Source: Mobula hypostoma (Eukaryota). From it: a stretch of DNA of 64,000 nt. A program made the position numbers and the translations under genes. Location: contig NC_086097.1 in NCBI RefSeq assembly GCF_963921235.1, forward strand, positions 42,100,001-42,164,000, written 5' to 3'. Each line of letters opens with the position of its first letter. The first letter of the stretch is position 1. Under the pieces are notes generated by a model, which made no database searches, was not told where the DNA came from, and worked only from the letters and a program-made list of their open reading frames with translations. Positions 12,959-24,983 of the stretch are shown piece by piece.

Positions 12959-13868
12959 GGTGCCTCTCCAAATGTTTATAAATCCTGCTTCTCAGGATCT
13001 TCTCCATCAACTTACCAACTACTGAAGTAAGACTCACCGGTCTATAATTTCCTGGGCTATCTCTACTTCCTTTCTTGAATAAGGGACCAACATCTGCAAC
13101 CCCCCAATCCTCCAGAGCATCTCCTGTCCCTATTGATGATGCAAAGATCATTGCCAGAGGCTCAGCAATCTCCTCCCTTGTCTCCCACAGTAGCCGGGGT
13201 ACATCTCGTCCAGTCCCAGTGACTTACCCAACTTGATGCTTTGCAAGTGCTCCAGCACATCTTCTTTCTTAATATCTACATGCTCAAGCTTTCCAGTCCG
13301 CCATATGTCATCCCTACAATTACCAAGATCCTTTTCTGTAGTGAATACTGAAGCAAAGTACTCATTAAATACCTCCGTTATCTCCTCCGGTTCCATACAC
13401 ACTTTTCCACTGTCACACTTGATTAGTCCTATTCTCTCACGTCTTATCCTTTTGCTCTTCACATACTTGTAGAATGTCTTGGGGTTTTCCTTAATCCTGT
13501 CCGCCAAGGCCTTCTCATGGCCCCTTCTGGCTCTCCTAACTTCATTCTTAAGCTCCTTCCTGCTAGCCTTATAATCTCCTATATCTCTAGCATTACCTTG
13601 TTTTTCTGAACCTTTTGTCAGCTCTTCTTTTCTTCTTGACTAGATTTACAACAGCCTTTGTACACCACGGTTCCTGTACCCTACGATCCTTTCCCTGTCT
13701 CATTGGAACGTATCTATGCAGAACCCCATGCAAATATCCCCTGAACGTTTGCCACATTTCTTCTGTACATTTCAATGAAAACATCTGTTTCCAATTTATG
13801 CTTCCAAGTTCCTGCCTGGTGGCCTCATATTTCCAGTTACTCCAATTAAACACTTTCCTAACTTGTCT

Positions 13869-14978
13869 AACATGAACTCTGCTATCAACTCTGCTCTTAA
13901 ACGCATCTCCCCCATTTCACGTACATCTGCTCTCACTCCATCCTCCCGCCACCCCACTAGGAATAGGGTTCCCCTGGTCCTCACCTACCACCCCACCAGC
14001 CTCCGGGTCCAACATATTATTCTCCATAACTTCCGCCACCTCCAACGGGATCCCACCACTAAGCACATCTTTCCCTCCCCCCCCCACTGCATTCCGCAGG
14101 GATCGCTCCCTACACAACTCCCTTGTCCATTCGTACCCCCCATCCCTCCCCACTGATCTCCCTCCTGGCACTTATCCTTGTAAGCGCAACAAGTGCTACA
14201 CATGCCCTTACACTTCCTCCCTTACCACCATTCAGGGCCCCAAACAGTCCTTCCAGGTGAGGCAACACTTCACCTGTGAGTCGACTGGGGTGATATCCTG
14301 CGTCCGGTGCTCCCAATGTGGCCTTTTATATATTGGCGAGACCCGACGCAGACTGGGAGACCGCTTTGCTGAACATCTACGCTCTGTCCGCCAGAGAAAG
14401 CAGGATCTCCCAGTGGCCACACATTTTAATTCCACATCCCATTCCCATTCTGACATGTCTATCCATGGCCTCCTCTACTGTAAAGATGAAGCCACACTCA
14501 GGTTGGAGGAACAACACCTTATATTCCGTCTGGGTAGCCTCCAACTTGATGGCATGAACATCGACTTCTCTAACTTCCGCTAAGGCCCCACCTCCCCCTC
14601 ATACCCCATCTGTTACTTATTTTTATGCACACATTCTTTCTCTCACTCTCCTTTTTCTCCCTCTGTCCCTCTGAATATACCTCTTGCCCATCCTCTGGGT
14701 CCCCCCACCTTCTTGTCTTTCTTCCCGGACCTCCTGTCCCATGATCCTCTCGTATCCCCTTTTGCCTATCACCTGTCCAGCTCTTGGCTCTATCCCTCCC
14801 CCTCCTGTCTTCTCCTATCATTTTGGATCTCCCCCTCCCCCTCCAACTTTCAAATCCCTTACCCACTCTTCCTTCAGTTAGTCCTGACGAAGGGTCTCGG
14901 CCTGAAACGTCGACTGCACCTCTTCCTACAGATGCTGCCTGGCCTGCTGCGTTCACCAGCAATTTTGATGTGTGTTGC
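13869..14978 (+). mobile_element. 5'-truncated Penelope-like element (Neptune type): Cys linker, GIY-YIG and terminal repeat
   Basis: GVISCVRCSQCGLLYIGETRRRLGDRFAEH; perfect 13-bp TSD TCCTAACTTGTCT at 13856-13868 and 14979-14991; nearly identical to 55001-56100. Confidence 0.93.
14875..14916 (+). ncRNA. Minimal type I hammerhead ribozyme motif in the Penelope terminus
   Basis: TAGTC-CTGACGA-AGGGTCTCGGCCT-GAAAC-GTC^GACTG: CUGANGA and GAAA boxes, helix I TAGTC/GACTG, GUC triplet, palindromic ACGT in place of helix III. Confidence 0.8.
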
Positions 14979-16952
14979 TCCTAACTTGTCTGTTCCTATC
15001 CCTCTCCAAAGCTATGGTAAAGGATCACTATCTCCAAAATGCTCTCCCACTGAGAGATCTGACACCTGACCAGGTTCATTTCCTAATACCAGATCAAGTA
15101 CAGCCTCTCCTCTTGTAGGCTTATCTACATATTGTGTCAAGAAACCTTCCTGAACACACCTAATAAACTCCACGCCATCTAAATCCCTCCCTCTAGGGAC
15201 ATGCCATTCGATATTTGGGAAATTAAAATCTCCCACCACGACAACTCTGTTATTATTACACCTTTCCAGAATCTGTCTCCCTATCTGCTCCTCAATGTCC
15301 CTGTTACTATTGGGTGGTCTATAAAAAAAAACCCAGAAGAGTATTTGATCCCTTCCTGTTCCTAACTTCCAACCACAGAATCTCTGTAGACAATCCCTCC
15401 ACGACTTTCTCTTTTGCTGCAGCCGTGACACTGTCTCCAATCAACAGTACCATGCCCTTACCTCTTTTGCTTGCCTCCCTCCGTGTCCTTTCTGAAACAT
15501 CTAAAGCCTGGCACTCGAAAGAACCATTCCTGCCCCTGATCCATCCAAGTCTCTGTAATCACCACAACATCATAGCTCCAAGTATTGATCCACACTCTAA
15601 GATCATCCGCTTTGTTCATAATACCCCTTGCATTAAAATAGACACATCTCAGACCATCGGTCTGAGCATATCCCTTCTCTATCACCTGCCTATCCTCCCT
15701 CTCGCACTGTCTCCAAGCTTTCTCTATTTGTGAGGCAACCACCCCTTCCTCTGTCTCTTTAGTTTGGTTCCCACCCACCAGCAATTCTAAGTTAAACTCT
15801 CCCCAGTAACCTTAACAAACCTCCCCACAAGGATATCAATCCCCCGGGATTCAAGTGCAACCCATCCTTTGTGTACAGGTCACACCTGCCCCAAAAGAGG
15901 TCCCAATGATCCAGAGATCTAAATCCCTGCCCCCTGCTCCAATCCCTCAGCCACACATTTATCCTCCACCTCATTTTATTCCTATACTCATTGTCATGTG
16001 GCACAGGCAGTAATCCCAAGATTACTACCTTTGTGGTCCTGCTTCTCAGCTTCCTTCCTAACTCCCTGTAGTCTGCTTTCAGGACCTCCTCTCTTTTCCT
16101 ACCTATGTTGTCGGTACTAATATGTACCACAACCTCTGGCTGTTCACCTTCCCACTTCAGGATAGCGTGGACGTGATCAGAAACATCCCGGACCCTGGCA
16201 CCAGGGAGGCAAACTACCATCCGTGTTTCATTCCTTCATCCACAGAATTGCCTGTGTGATCCCCCCAAACTATAGAGTCCCCTGTCACTGCTGCCATCCT
16301 CTTCCTTTCCCTACCCTTCTGAACCACAGGGCCAGACTCTGTGCCAGAGGCATGGCCACTGTTGCTTCCCCCAGTGGGCAGCCACAGGGGTACTCTCTAG
16401 CCTCTGACTCCTGCCCTTCCCTCTCCTGACTGTTATCCACTTACGTATCTGTTTCACGAGGACTCAGTGTGACTACCTGCCTATAGCTCCTCTCTATCAC
16501 CTCCTCACTCTCCCTGACCAGATGAAGGTCATCGAGCTGCATCTTCAGTTCCCTAACGTGGTCCCTAAGGAGCTGCAGCTCGACGCACCTGGTGCAGATA
16601 TGGAGGTCCAGGAGTCTGGGAGTCTCCAGGACTTCCCACATCTGATATCGAGCACAGAACACCAGCCTCACACACATACTTCCTGTCTGTATTCTACACA
16701 GGCAACCTACCTCACCTCGACGTATTATCGCTGAAGCCCCTTTGAGCCAAAGCCTTCCTACTCTGTCTCCCTCTACTCTGTTGCCCACTCTGTAAAGCTG
16801 TCTCCTTTTAAACTCTTCTCACTGTTCTACTGGCTGAAGTCCACACGCTTGTGCAGTTGTGCCCCGATCAAACCGCTGAAGAAATAACTGTCCTCTTTTA
16901 AATAGAGATGTATTCTCTATCAAGTCGAAGTTTATAGCTAAGTAGGATGGAG

Positions 16953-17200
16953 TGTTGTGTATTTAATATTACAATAATATTTGAGTAAACTTGTATATAT
17001 ATTATTTGCTTAAGCATTCTTGTTTGTTTAAGTAATTCATTACGGGTTCTAAGTAAAATACTTGAACTCCATACGTCATTATGCTACCAGGTGTAAGTTC
17101 ACATCTTGCTTAAAGTAAACTTGAAGATACACCCACGTTTCTTGGACTCTCACGTCTTCCTTTAAATTAGATTAATGTTTTGAAGTTACAAAACAGAACA
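16953..17200 (+). repeat. 3' LTR of the Gypsy element
   Basis: TGTTG...AACA termini, preceded by a purine tract; homologous to 7790-8022. Confidence 0.88.
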
Positions 17201-18258
17201 ATAACCATTGTCTGGAAGCAGTCCAGCATATGAGGAAGAACAATACTCCAATGCCACATACTCTCAACTTCACTAAGTGGCAGTAATGAATTAGGAAATT
17301 AGTTCGGCTTTATTAAAACTAAAGGTCTCACAGGCCTTCTAAATTGAAAGCAATAAGACTCTGGCCATTTAGTTGCAGTGAAATAAGAAACCACGGATCC
17401 TCTCTAAGGTATCTCCAATTGGATCGAGGCCCGCAGAGGCAGGAAGAGGAGCTACTATTATTATAGTAATGAAAGAGAACTCTAGGTCTGGCTTGAAACA
17501 GGGAAATAATTTGTGACAGGCTTGGTTATGGGACCCTCATGAAAAATCAGGTTCCTTTTATGAACTGTCAGGAGCATCCCCATTCCAAGTAAGCTTCTGA
17601 TGTGTATGCTTACTTCCCCTGTTCTTACCCTAATGTTCAGTGCCACTAACAAGGATGCTACATACTTGGTGAAGTATCAAATGAAGGTGGAAGCAGATAG
17701 TCCATTCGCAGTGCATTGGGGTAAACTGGATAAATTAGGATAAACTGGATGAGGCATTGTACTGGACTGTCAATATGGTACCATCTCTTTGAAGGATAAC
17801 AGAAGGAAAAGGAGGGAGATGGAATCTAGAAACAAGATTTATCTTCTTTACAAATCCAGTTACAAGAACCAGTAATCACCTGAATCTGGGGCTCAGCGAA
17901 AGGAAGCCTTAAGAGATATCAAATATGATCACTTTGTTCCCTGATAGGTTGTAAACAGTACAAGATGTGAGATTAAGTACATCTTTCACCCGTTGTCACT
18001 AGTGTGATTCTAAGTGCAAATTCAGCAAAGCAGCCATTATCGACCAAAATGGCAAAATTAAGATCATCAACCAATCAATCTTGCTCCAATCACTATATTA
18101 TTACAAGAAGACCCTGGATAGAGTTACAAATAAGAGGAAATCTCCAGCATTTTGCATGTGTGTTGCCTGGATAGGGTTAGCCTCCTCAGCATGAAAATGC
18201 ATTTCAGCAATGCAAGCACTACCTCAAGGAAGCTTCTGATGTGTATGCTTACTTCCCC

Positions 18259-18795
18259 CATCTCACTCCTTCTGATTCTCCTATTTTTCTTCCCTTTCCC
18301 ATACTCCCGCTTCAGCCTCCCATCACCCAGTTTTGTCCCCGCTCATCCACCTATGATCAACTCATTTCACCCATTGGAACCCTCCACCACTTGGTTCCAT
18401 TTGCCCTTCATCTTGCCCCAAATTCTTCCTATTATTACCTTCCTTACTTATTAGAGATTCCAGCACTGGTGGCCTTGGTTCCCTGCTTTTCACCCTCCCC
18501 CTCCACTTACGTGAATCCATTTGTCCTTTTCTCATGACAAACCAGCCTCTGTCTGCCAACTCCACCCCTCCTCCTTCCTCATCTGTCTCCATCTACCCAT
18601 CATCCTTTGCCCCTCCTTAGTTCAGCTCTCACCACTTCCCCACCCCTCTTTATATCTTCTCTCTCCACTCTCAGTCACGCTGAGGGTTCTCAACCGAAAC
18701 ATCGACAACTCCTTTCCTATCCCCACTTGGCCCCTCCCATCCCCCCCCCCCACAGAGCTTGCTTAAGCTTCTGAGTTCCTCCAGCTGGTTGTTTC
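18259..18795 (+). mobile_element. Old Penelope 3' UTR/terminal remnant with a degenerate hammerhead
   Basis: Pyrimidine-rich tract, then CAGTCACGCTGAGGGTTCTCAACCGAAACATCGAC and CTGAGTTCCTCCAGC, like the other Penelope ends. Confidence 0.6.
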
Positions 18796-19019
18796 TTGCT
18801 CTTGTGCTTGCATGTGATGCAGCCCAAATGAAGCTATTGCAGCCATCTCACACCTCGCAATAACTTTAGGAGTAGAATCATTTCTCGTCTCCAGAAGCAT
18901 GATACCAAGTGAATGTAATTATGCTGAAACTGAAAAAGAAGCATTGAGTGTAATCTTCGGGACCAAGAAATTTCATGTTATGTTGGCAGAATCGAAACTG
19001 TTGACTTATTGCAAACTAG

Positions 19020-19500
19020 GCTGTCTCTGAGTCTGAGGCTTCTATCGGTCAGAGTTGACCATGGATATTGCATCCTAGTTGTCCAGGGACGCAAGCCTGG
19101 GCAGTACAATATGGAGAGCAAGCTGTTGCCCATGTAGCAAGCTCCCCCTCTCCACGCGGCTGATGAACCCAAAGGAACAGCGGAGACTGATACAGTTTGG
19201 TACCAGAAGTGTCACAGGAGTTGCCAGTCAGCATTGAACTCCACATAGCACTGCCTTAGGGACTCCAGCTTTGGATTTTTCCCTCAAGGTTTACTCCCGA
19301 AGCCTTTCCCATGGGTGGGTGTAGCTGCAAGGCAGCGGAGGTTTGAGATCAGAGTTTTCCTTCTCTTAGATCAGCTGCCAACCGTGGCTGATGAGCTCCA
19401 TCTACCCAAAGTGACTAATTTTAAGGCACCAGTAACCTGCCTTTGCCCTTCTCTTGTCAGTAGAAACAGTTCCACCAGGCTTAGTAGCTAAGCCACACGT
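19020..19500 (-). mobile_element. Non-coding, probably RTE-derived non-autonomous retroelement
   Basis: Interrupts the Gypsy RNase H; minus strand carries GAGAAGGAAAACTCTGATCTCAAACC, a motif recalled from RTE 5' UTRs; short-repeat tail. Confidence 0.5.
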
Positions 19501-20185
19501 CCCCATTACCACTTCTGGCTATAACAACCATAAGGAACTAAACTAGACTGTAACTGGGCTAAAATCATCAATGCCAACTTTTGCAGTACTGAGATGGCAA
19601 GGTTGGGCCTGGACCTTTTCAATCTACAACAAGGTCATGTAGAGACATTCATAGGAACGTGCAAATGTGGAACCATTGACTCAGCTGTTGTGTAATAGAA
19701 CTGCAGGAACAACAATGGCCGAGTAGTAACTTACGTATCAAATATTGGGGAACTACTTGCTAGTGAAACAAGATGTGATCCTATTCTTTCAAAAGTCAGA
19801 TTTTATAGAGGGGTTGGCCCAGTTTGCTGAGAGACATGACATTCTGTTATTTCTTGGTTAAATGGGACCAGCTATCCACAGGTCAAAATAGCAGTCTGTA
19901 GGGTTCCAGAGTTATGAAATCTCCAAAGATCAGGAAATGTTTCCTTGCTGTCCTACATTAGTGTCACTCTGGCATTTCTCATGTGAAGGCCTTGGCCTGC
20001 ATTATCTCTGGTGGCCGGAATGGGTCAAGACACAGACAATTTTGTGAGTTAGTGTGCTTCCTGTGAGGGTTTTTGAGAGCAGTTTCCATCTGCACCTCTG
20101 TGTCCATGGCCTGGGCCACCAGACTGTAGAGTCATACGCACATGAAGTGAATAATCAGTATTCCTAGTTGGGATTGAGTTCTCTT

Positions 20186-22040
20186 GAATGCAAATACAAC
20201 ATTAGCGTTCATTTCCAGAGGACTGGACTATTAAACCAAGGACGTAATGCTGAGGCTTTAAAAGGTATTAGTCAGACCACATGTGAGTAGTTTTGGGCTC
20301 CATGTCTAAGAAAGGATATGTTGGCATTGGAGAGGGTTCAGAAGAGGTTTACAATAATGATCCCAGGAATGAAAGGGTTAATAATATATAACAAGTGTTA
20401 TATGGCTCTGGCCTGTACTCACTGGAGTTCAGAAGAATGAGTGATGATCTCAATGAAACTTAACAAATGTTGAAGGGTCTAGATAGAATGGACAGGGAGA
20501 GGATATTCCCAATAGTGGGAGAGTCTAGGACTAAAGGGCACAGCCTCTGGATAGAAGGATGCCCCTTTAAAACAGAGATTAGGGGGGTTTACTTAGAATC
20601 ATCATGCTCAGAATAAGAAACAAAATTAGACCAGAGATCAGTGAAGAACAGCGCGGCTTTGTGGAAGGCAAAGGAACATCAAACACCACTTATATTCTCA
20701 GGAATATTATCGAAAGGTCAATAGAAGTACAAGACCTATACAGTACTTCTGTTTCATTGACTACACAAAAGCCTTTGACACAGTGAAACACCAAGTCATC
20801 ATGAAAATGCTTAAAGATATTAATATCGACGGAAAAGATCTAAGAATAATCAGGAATCTCTACTGGCAACAAAGTGCAGCCATACGGATAGACAATGAGA
20901 TTGGTGAATATCAGCCAATACAGCGAGAAGTCAGACAGGTTTGTGTTCTATCACCAGACCTATTCTCCCTGTACAGTGAAAACATCATGAGAACCATACA
21001 AGACCTACCTGGAATAAGTATAGGAGGATAAAATATCAACAACCTCCGCTATGTGGATGATACAGTACTGATAGCAAACAGTGAAGTAAATTTACAGAAA
21101 CTGGTATCTACCATCAACACAGAGAGTGAAAGACTTGGTCTAACCTTAAACAAAAAGAAAACTGAAGTAATGGTAATATCAAAGAAACCTGATATTCCAA
21201 GCTGTAGGACTGTATTGGGAAATGAAATCCTGAAACAAGTTCACAACTTCAAGTACCTTGGATCATGGGTAACATCTGATGGCAAATGCGAAACAGACAT
21301 AAAAGCAAGAATAGCAATGGCAAGAACAGCATTTACAGAAATGAGAAACATCCTAACGAACAAGAAAATAGCAATTGACATCCGCCTTAGAAGTTTCAGC
21401 TGCTACATTCTTCCTATATTGATGTATGGCTGCGAGTCATGGACCATCACAAATGCAATGGAAAAAAGAATCACTGCAGCAGAGATGGGGTTCCTCAGAA
21501 GAATGCTATGCATATCGTATACGGACAGGATAACCAACAACGAAGTTCTACAGAGAACGAAAACAAAATGTACATTACTTTAAAAATTCAGAAGACAGCA
21601 ATCAAAATTCTTTGGACACATCATGCGAAGAGAGACATTAGAACATTTAGTTACAACTGGAAAGCTGGAAGGAAAATGAAGCAGAGACAGGAAGAGAATG
21701 AAAATGATAGATGGAATAACATCATGGTTAGAAACAGGAGAGGCAACAACTACAATTCGGAAGGTCAGGGACTGTGATGGATGGAGAGACATGATCGCCC
21801 TACACCGAACAACAAGGCACCTGAATATATATAGGGGGTTTTCTTTAGCCAGAGGGTGGTTAATCTGTGGAGTCCATTGCCACAGTCAGCTATGGAAGCC
21901 ATGCTATATGGGTATATTTAAAGCGGAGGTTGATTAGTAAGTGCATCAAAGGTTATAGGGAGAAAGCAGGAGAATGGGGTTGAGAGGGAAAATAAATCAG
22001 CCATGAGTTATGCAAACTCATTGGGTGGAATGACCTAATT
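20186..22040 (+). mobile_element. CR1 3' fragment split by an RTE insertion
   Basis: Homologous to 5620-6260; sequence resumes seamlessly at 21841. Confidence 0.8.
20591..21831 (+). mobile_element. 5'-truncated RTE-clade LINE (RT and C-terminus)
   Basis: ISEEQRGF, LSPDLFSLYSE, NNLRYVDDTVLIA, FKYLGS, YGCESWT; TSD TAGGGGG(G)TTT at 20580-20590 and 21832-21841. Confidence 0.9.
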
Positions 22041-22089
22041 CTGTTGCTTTATCTTAAGGACTAGAGGTGTCTCCCACATAACAGACTTC

Positions 22090-24030
22090 TACTCAGATCC
22101 AGTTATCTTCAGCTGCTTCACCAATAATCTTCTTTCCCTTATATGGTCAGAAATAGGAAAGTTCACTAAAGATTACCAATCATCCATTCACCATGCCTCA
22201 TTACGCGATTCAGTCCATGGTTACCTGTAGTAAAACTTCAGGCATAACATCCAGCATGGGCAAATCAGTAACACATAACATTCGTACCACAAAAATACCA
22301 GTCAATGTCCACCTGCAACAGGAAAGAGTCTAACCCCCTCTCCCCAGTATTCACTAGCATTACCTTTACTGAGTTCTCTACCAGCAATATCCTGATGGTC
22401 TGGAGCTAACCCCAAAATGGACACGGAATAGCAAATCACTGCCGTGCCATTGTAAATGTAGCAGTGTACTCAGTGAATGTCAGTTTTCATCACTTTGCTA
22501 ACAACTGAAAACAGACTGATCGGCAGGTATGTAGCCCAATTGGAATCCAATTTGGCTTGTTTTGTATCGGAAATATCTAGGAAATGTCGTATTATAACTG
22601 AATTGAAACAACTCAGTGTAGAACAAATGTAGAACAACTTGGCTGCATAGTTAGATACAAGTTATTTAGCTTGATTAACAATAGTACTTGATCACCTAAC
22701 TCTATTGTTTTCTTAAAATATGTTATCTTTTCTCCTTTCTGAAGCCTGGTCACACAAGCACAGATTAGAACACTGAGCCACCTTCTGATATGTTAGAGCA
22801 AAGCTGCCCTCCTAGAATGCATTAGAAAGGCCACTCTCCTCAGGGAGCAGAATATTTACTTATTTATTTTGACAGCCAGGACTGCCATTTCATGACTAGT
22901 CACAGGCTTGTCTTTGTGCTTTCACATTGAGTTTTCTTTCATTTCATTTTCACCTGACACTTCCTTTCCTATCTCCCTCACAGTTTGACAACGTCTGACA
23001 AATATTTCAAATCCTTTCGGACTTTTTTTTTATATAAAGGCTGAGACAGTATATGGCTTCATACATACAATATGGCAACTGACCTTTACTTTCCCACATC
23101 ACTCTCATTTTCAGCTGCCACTGAGGTTTCACCGTGTTTCTCCATTAGTCCAACTCCTGACACAGGGTCATATCGCTGGTGAGAGCTGATGGCATCTGTT
23201 CAGATTAACAGACCCCACAGAACTACAGGCAATCAACTCAGCGTGCTTTCCACTGATTTGTGCCTCTCTCAACAGGCTTCAGTGGGTCCACAAAATCTTT
23301 ATCGTGGGCTAGAAATTAAATAGCCTAAACAGGGCAAGCAGGGCCCTGTGACTATCTGCCCTCTTATCATTGGCATGCACTTTCCATCCCCACACTCTAA
23401 TAGCCTTTATAATAACACAGAAGGGAATATATTTTCAGTGTTGACCAGAGACCCAGATGGAACATGGTTACAGGAGCAGGTCACAGCCTATGTATTCTAC
23501 ATTGATTTAATCTCCTCCTGACACCCCAAGACTTTTCCACCATCTACTGGGCACACAGCAGCAACATGATGGACTGTTCTTCTCTGCCTTGGATGGGTGC
23601 ACTGTGGATGAGTTTTAAGAAGCTTGACACTGTTCAGAAATGCATGTGTCAGTTGATAGATGGAGTGCCTATTCATTACCATACACATTCAGTTCTTCCA
23701 CAAACAACTGCAGAATAAACCACCTTCAAAACTCACAGCAGCTTCTTGCCTAGACGTGTGACCTTTCCAACAAGTGAGAGAAAGGCAGTAGGTGCATTCC
23801 CATCCAAGTAACAGGACATACCATGCTAACAAAGAAATATACTGCTGTTCCTTCATTGTCACTGGATCTGACATGTGGAACTCCCTACCAATAGCACTGT
23901 AATGGTGCTATCATTAGAAGGACTGTAGTGGTATAGGAAGATAACTTGTCGTCACTTCTTCAGGGCAACTAGGGATGGTCAATAAATGCTGCCCTTGTCA
24001 GCAATACCCAAATCCCACAAATGGATAACT
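22090..24030 (+). mobile_element. Ancient CR1-like LINE remnants (22090-22400 and 23500-24030) separated by unique sequence
   Basis: Decayed RT/C-terminal-like segments and a 3' end AATAAATGCTGCCCTTGTCAGCAATACCCAAATCCC; recognised by eye only. Confidence 0.45.
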
Positions 24031-24983
24031 CTCATGCACAAATCAACTTTGATATACAGTTAAGCAAATAGAAACTAATGGCCACTGTCTGCCCAGTGTT
24101 TTTCTTTAATCAAACGATGTTGTAATATCAAGAGGTCCATGGTATTTGACTGGAAGTTAATGACTACCAGTAACATGGGGACATCAGGGGCAATTTCCAA
24201 TTATTAAAAAAAATAGTAGAAGTGTGAAACAGACTTTAGAATGCCTTGTTTGTATTAAGAAAGCATGACAATGTGGTCAGTCTCCAAGTTGAAAATAAAA
24301 CTCTCACCTCGTCGAAAGGGGATGTGACTAAATTTCATCACTGGTACAAATCGGGGGAGCAAGCCAATATTAGACCTGACCTTTGATTGGGAATAATTTC
24401 TTCCATGAGTCATGTACCATGTTGTACACATGAATACAGAAATGACAATTTACAGAGCATCTTTAATGTTATGTGATGAATGCGTGTGCGGACAGCCATA
24501 ACTCCAGTTTAACTGTTTCCTTTGGATGAATACTTGAGGGTGGGATTGGGGATAGCTATATGGACTCTTCCCATCCTCCCACCCCTTTCCACACTATGCT
24601 TGTAAAGAGTATGCTTGATTTCTCCATACCCAGCCCGCCCAACAAATGCTCACACAGGATAATGAAAGTGTAAAAATTCATTTGTTGGAATCAAATTTCT
24701 AATAAACAAAATAAAATTTATCTAAAAAATGTACATATTTGAATAAATTCAAATACCTGAGGAGGACATTATCAACTTTAAGCATAGCTTTCATCATATG
24801 TAATTCATCTTGCACACAATCTAATTTTCTTTTATATACTGTTGCAGAATGCATGTTGTTGGTGCAATTATGCAGATAAAACACAAAGCAATTAACTGCT
24901 CATTTTGAAGACAATCACTTGTCATTCCCTTTTTAATGAATTGACTTATTTGGAAATATATGCAGCAAATATTCTGAGCCTGA

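Larger units (their letters stand above)
11497..16900 (-). mobile_element. Near full-length CR1 LINE (ORF1 Zn-finger + SGNH esterase; ORF2 APE + RT), with nested insertions
   Basis: ORF1 16441-16788 and 15792-16220 (VCLPGARVRDV, DGLHLN); APE 15012-15784 (YFNARGI, ITETW, GDFNFPNI, GDSD); RT 12078-13151 (YMDFSKA, GVPQGSVLGP, FADDTK); (TTTCTATG)n tail at 11497. Confidence 0.93.
7790..17200 (+). mobile_element. Internally deleted Gypsy LTR retrotransposon carrying an RBM25 fragment and later Rex1, CR1 and Penelope insertions
   Basis: Homologous LTRs at 7790-8022 and 16953-17200; PBS-like TGGCAAAGAGG after the 5' LTR; purine tract AGTAGGATGGAG before the 3' LTR; gag-pro 8263-9282 and 10356-10553; integrase C-terminal tail about 11205-11403. 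Confidence 0.85.
17600..20150 (+). mobile_element. Older, heavily decayed Gypsy pol remnant (protease, RT-RH linker, RNase H, integrase HHCC), interrupted by insertions
   Basis: ENAFQQCK near 18193; LVLACDA near 18800; SECNYAETEKEALSVIFGTKKFH at 18908-18976; H.GI..VKALA..LWWP near 19965-20020. Confidence 0.7.
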
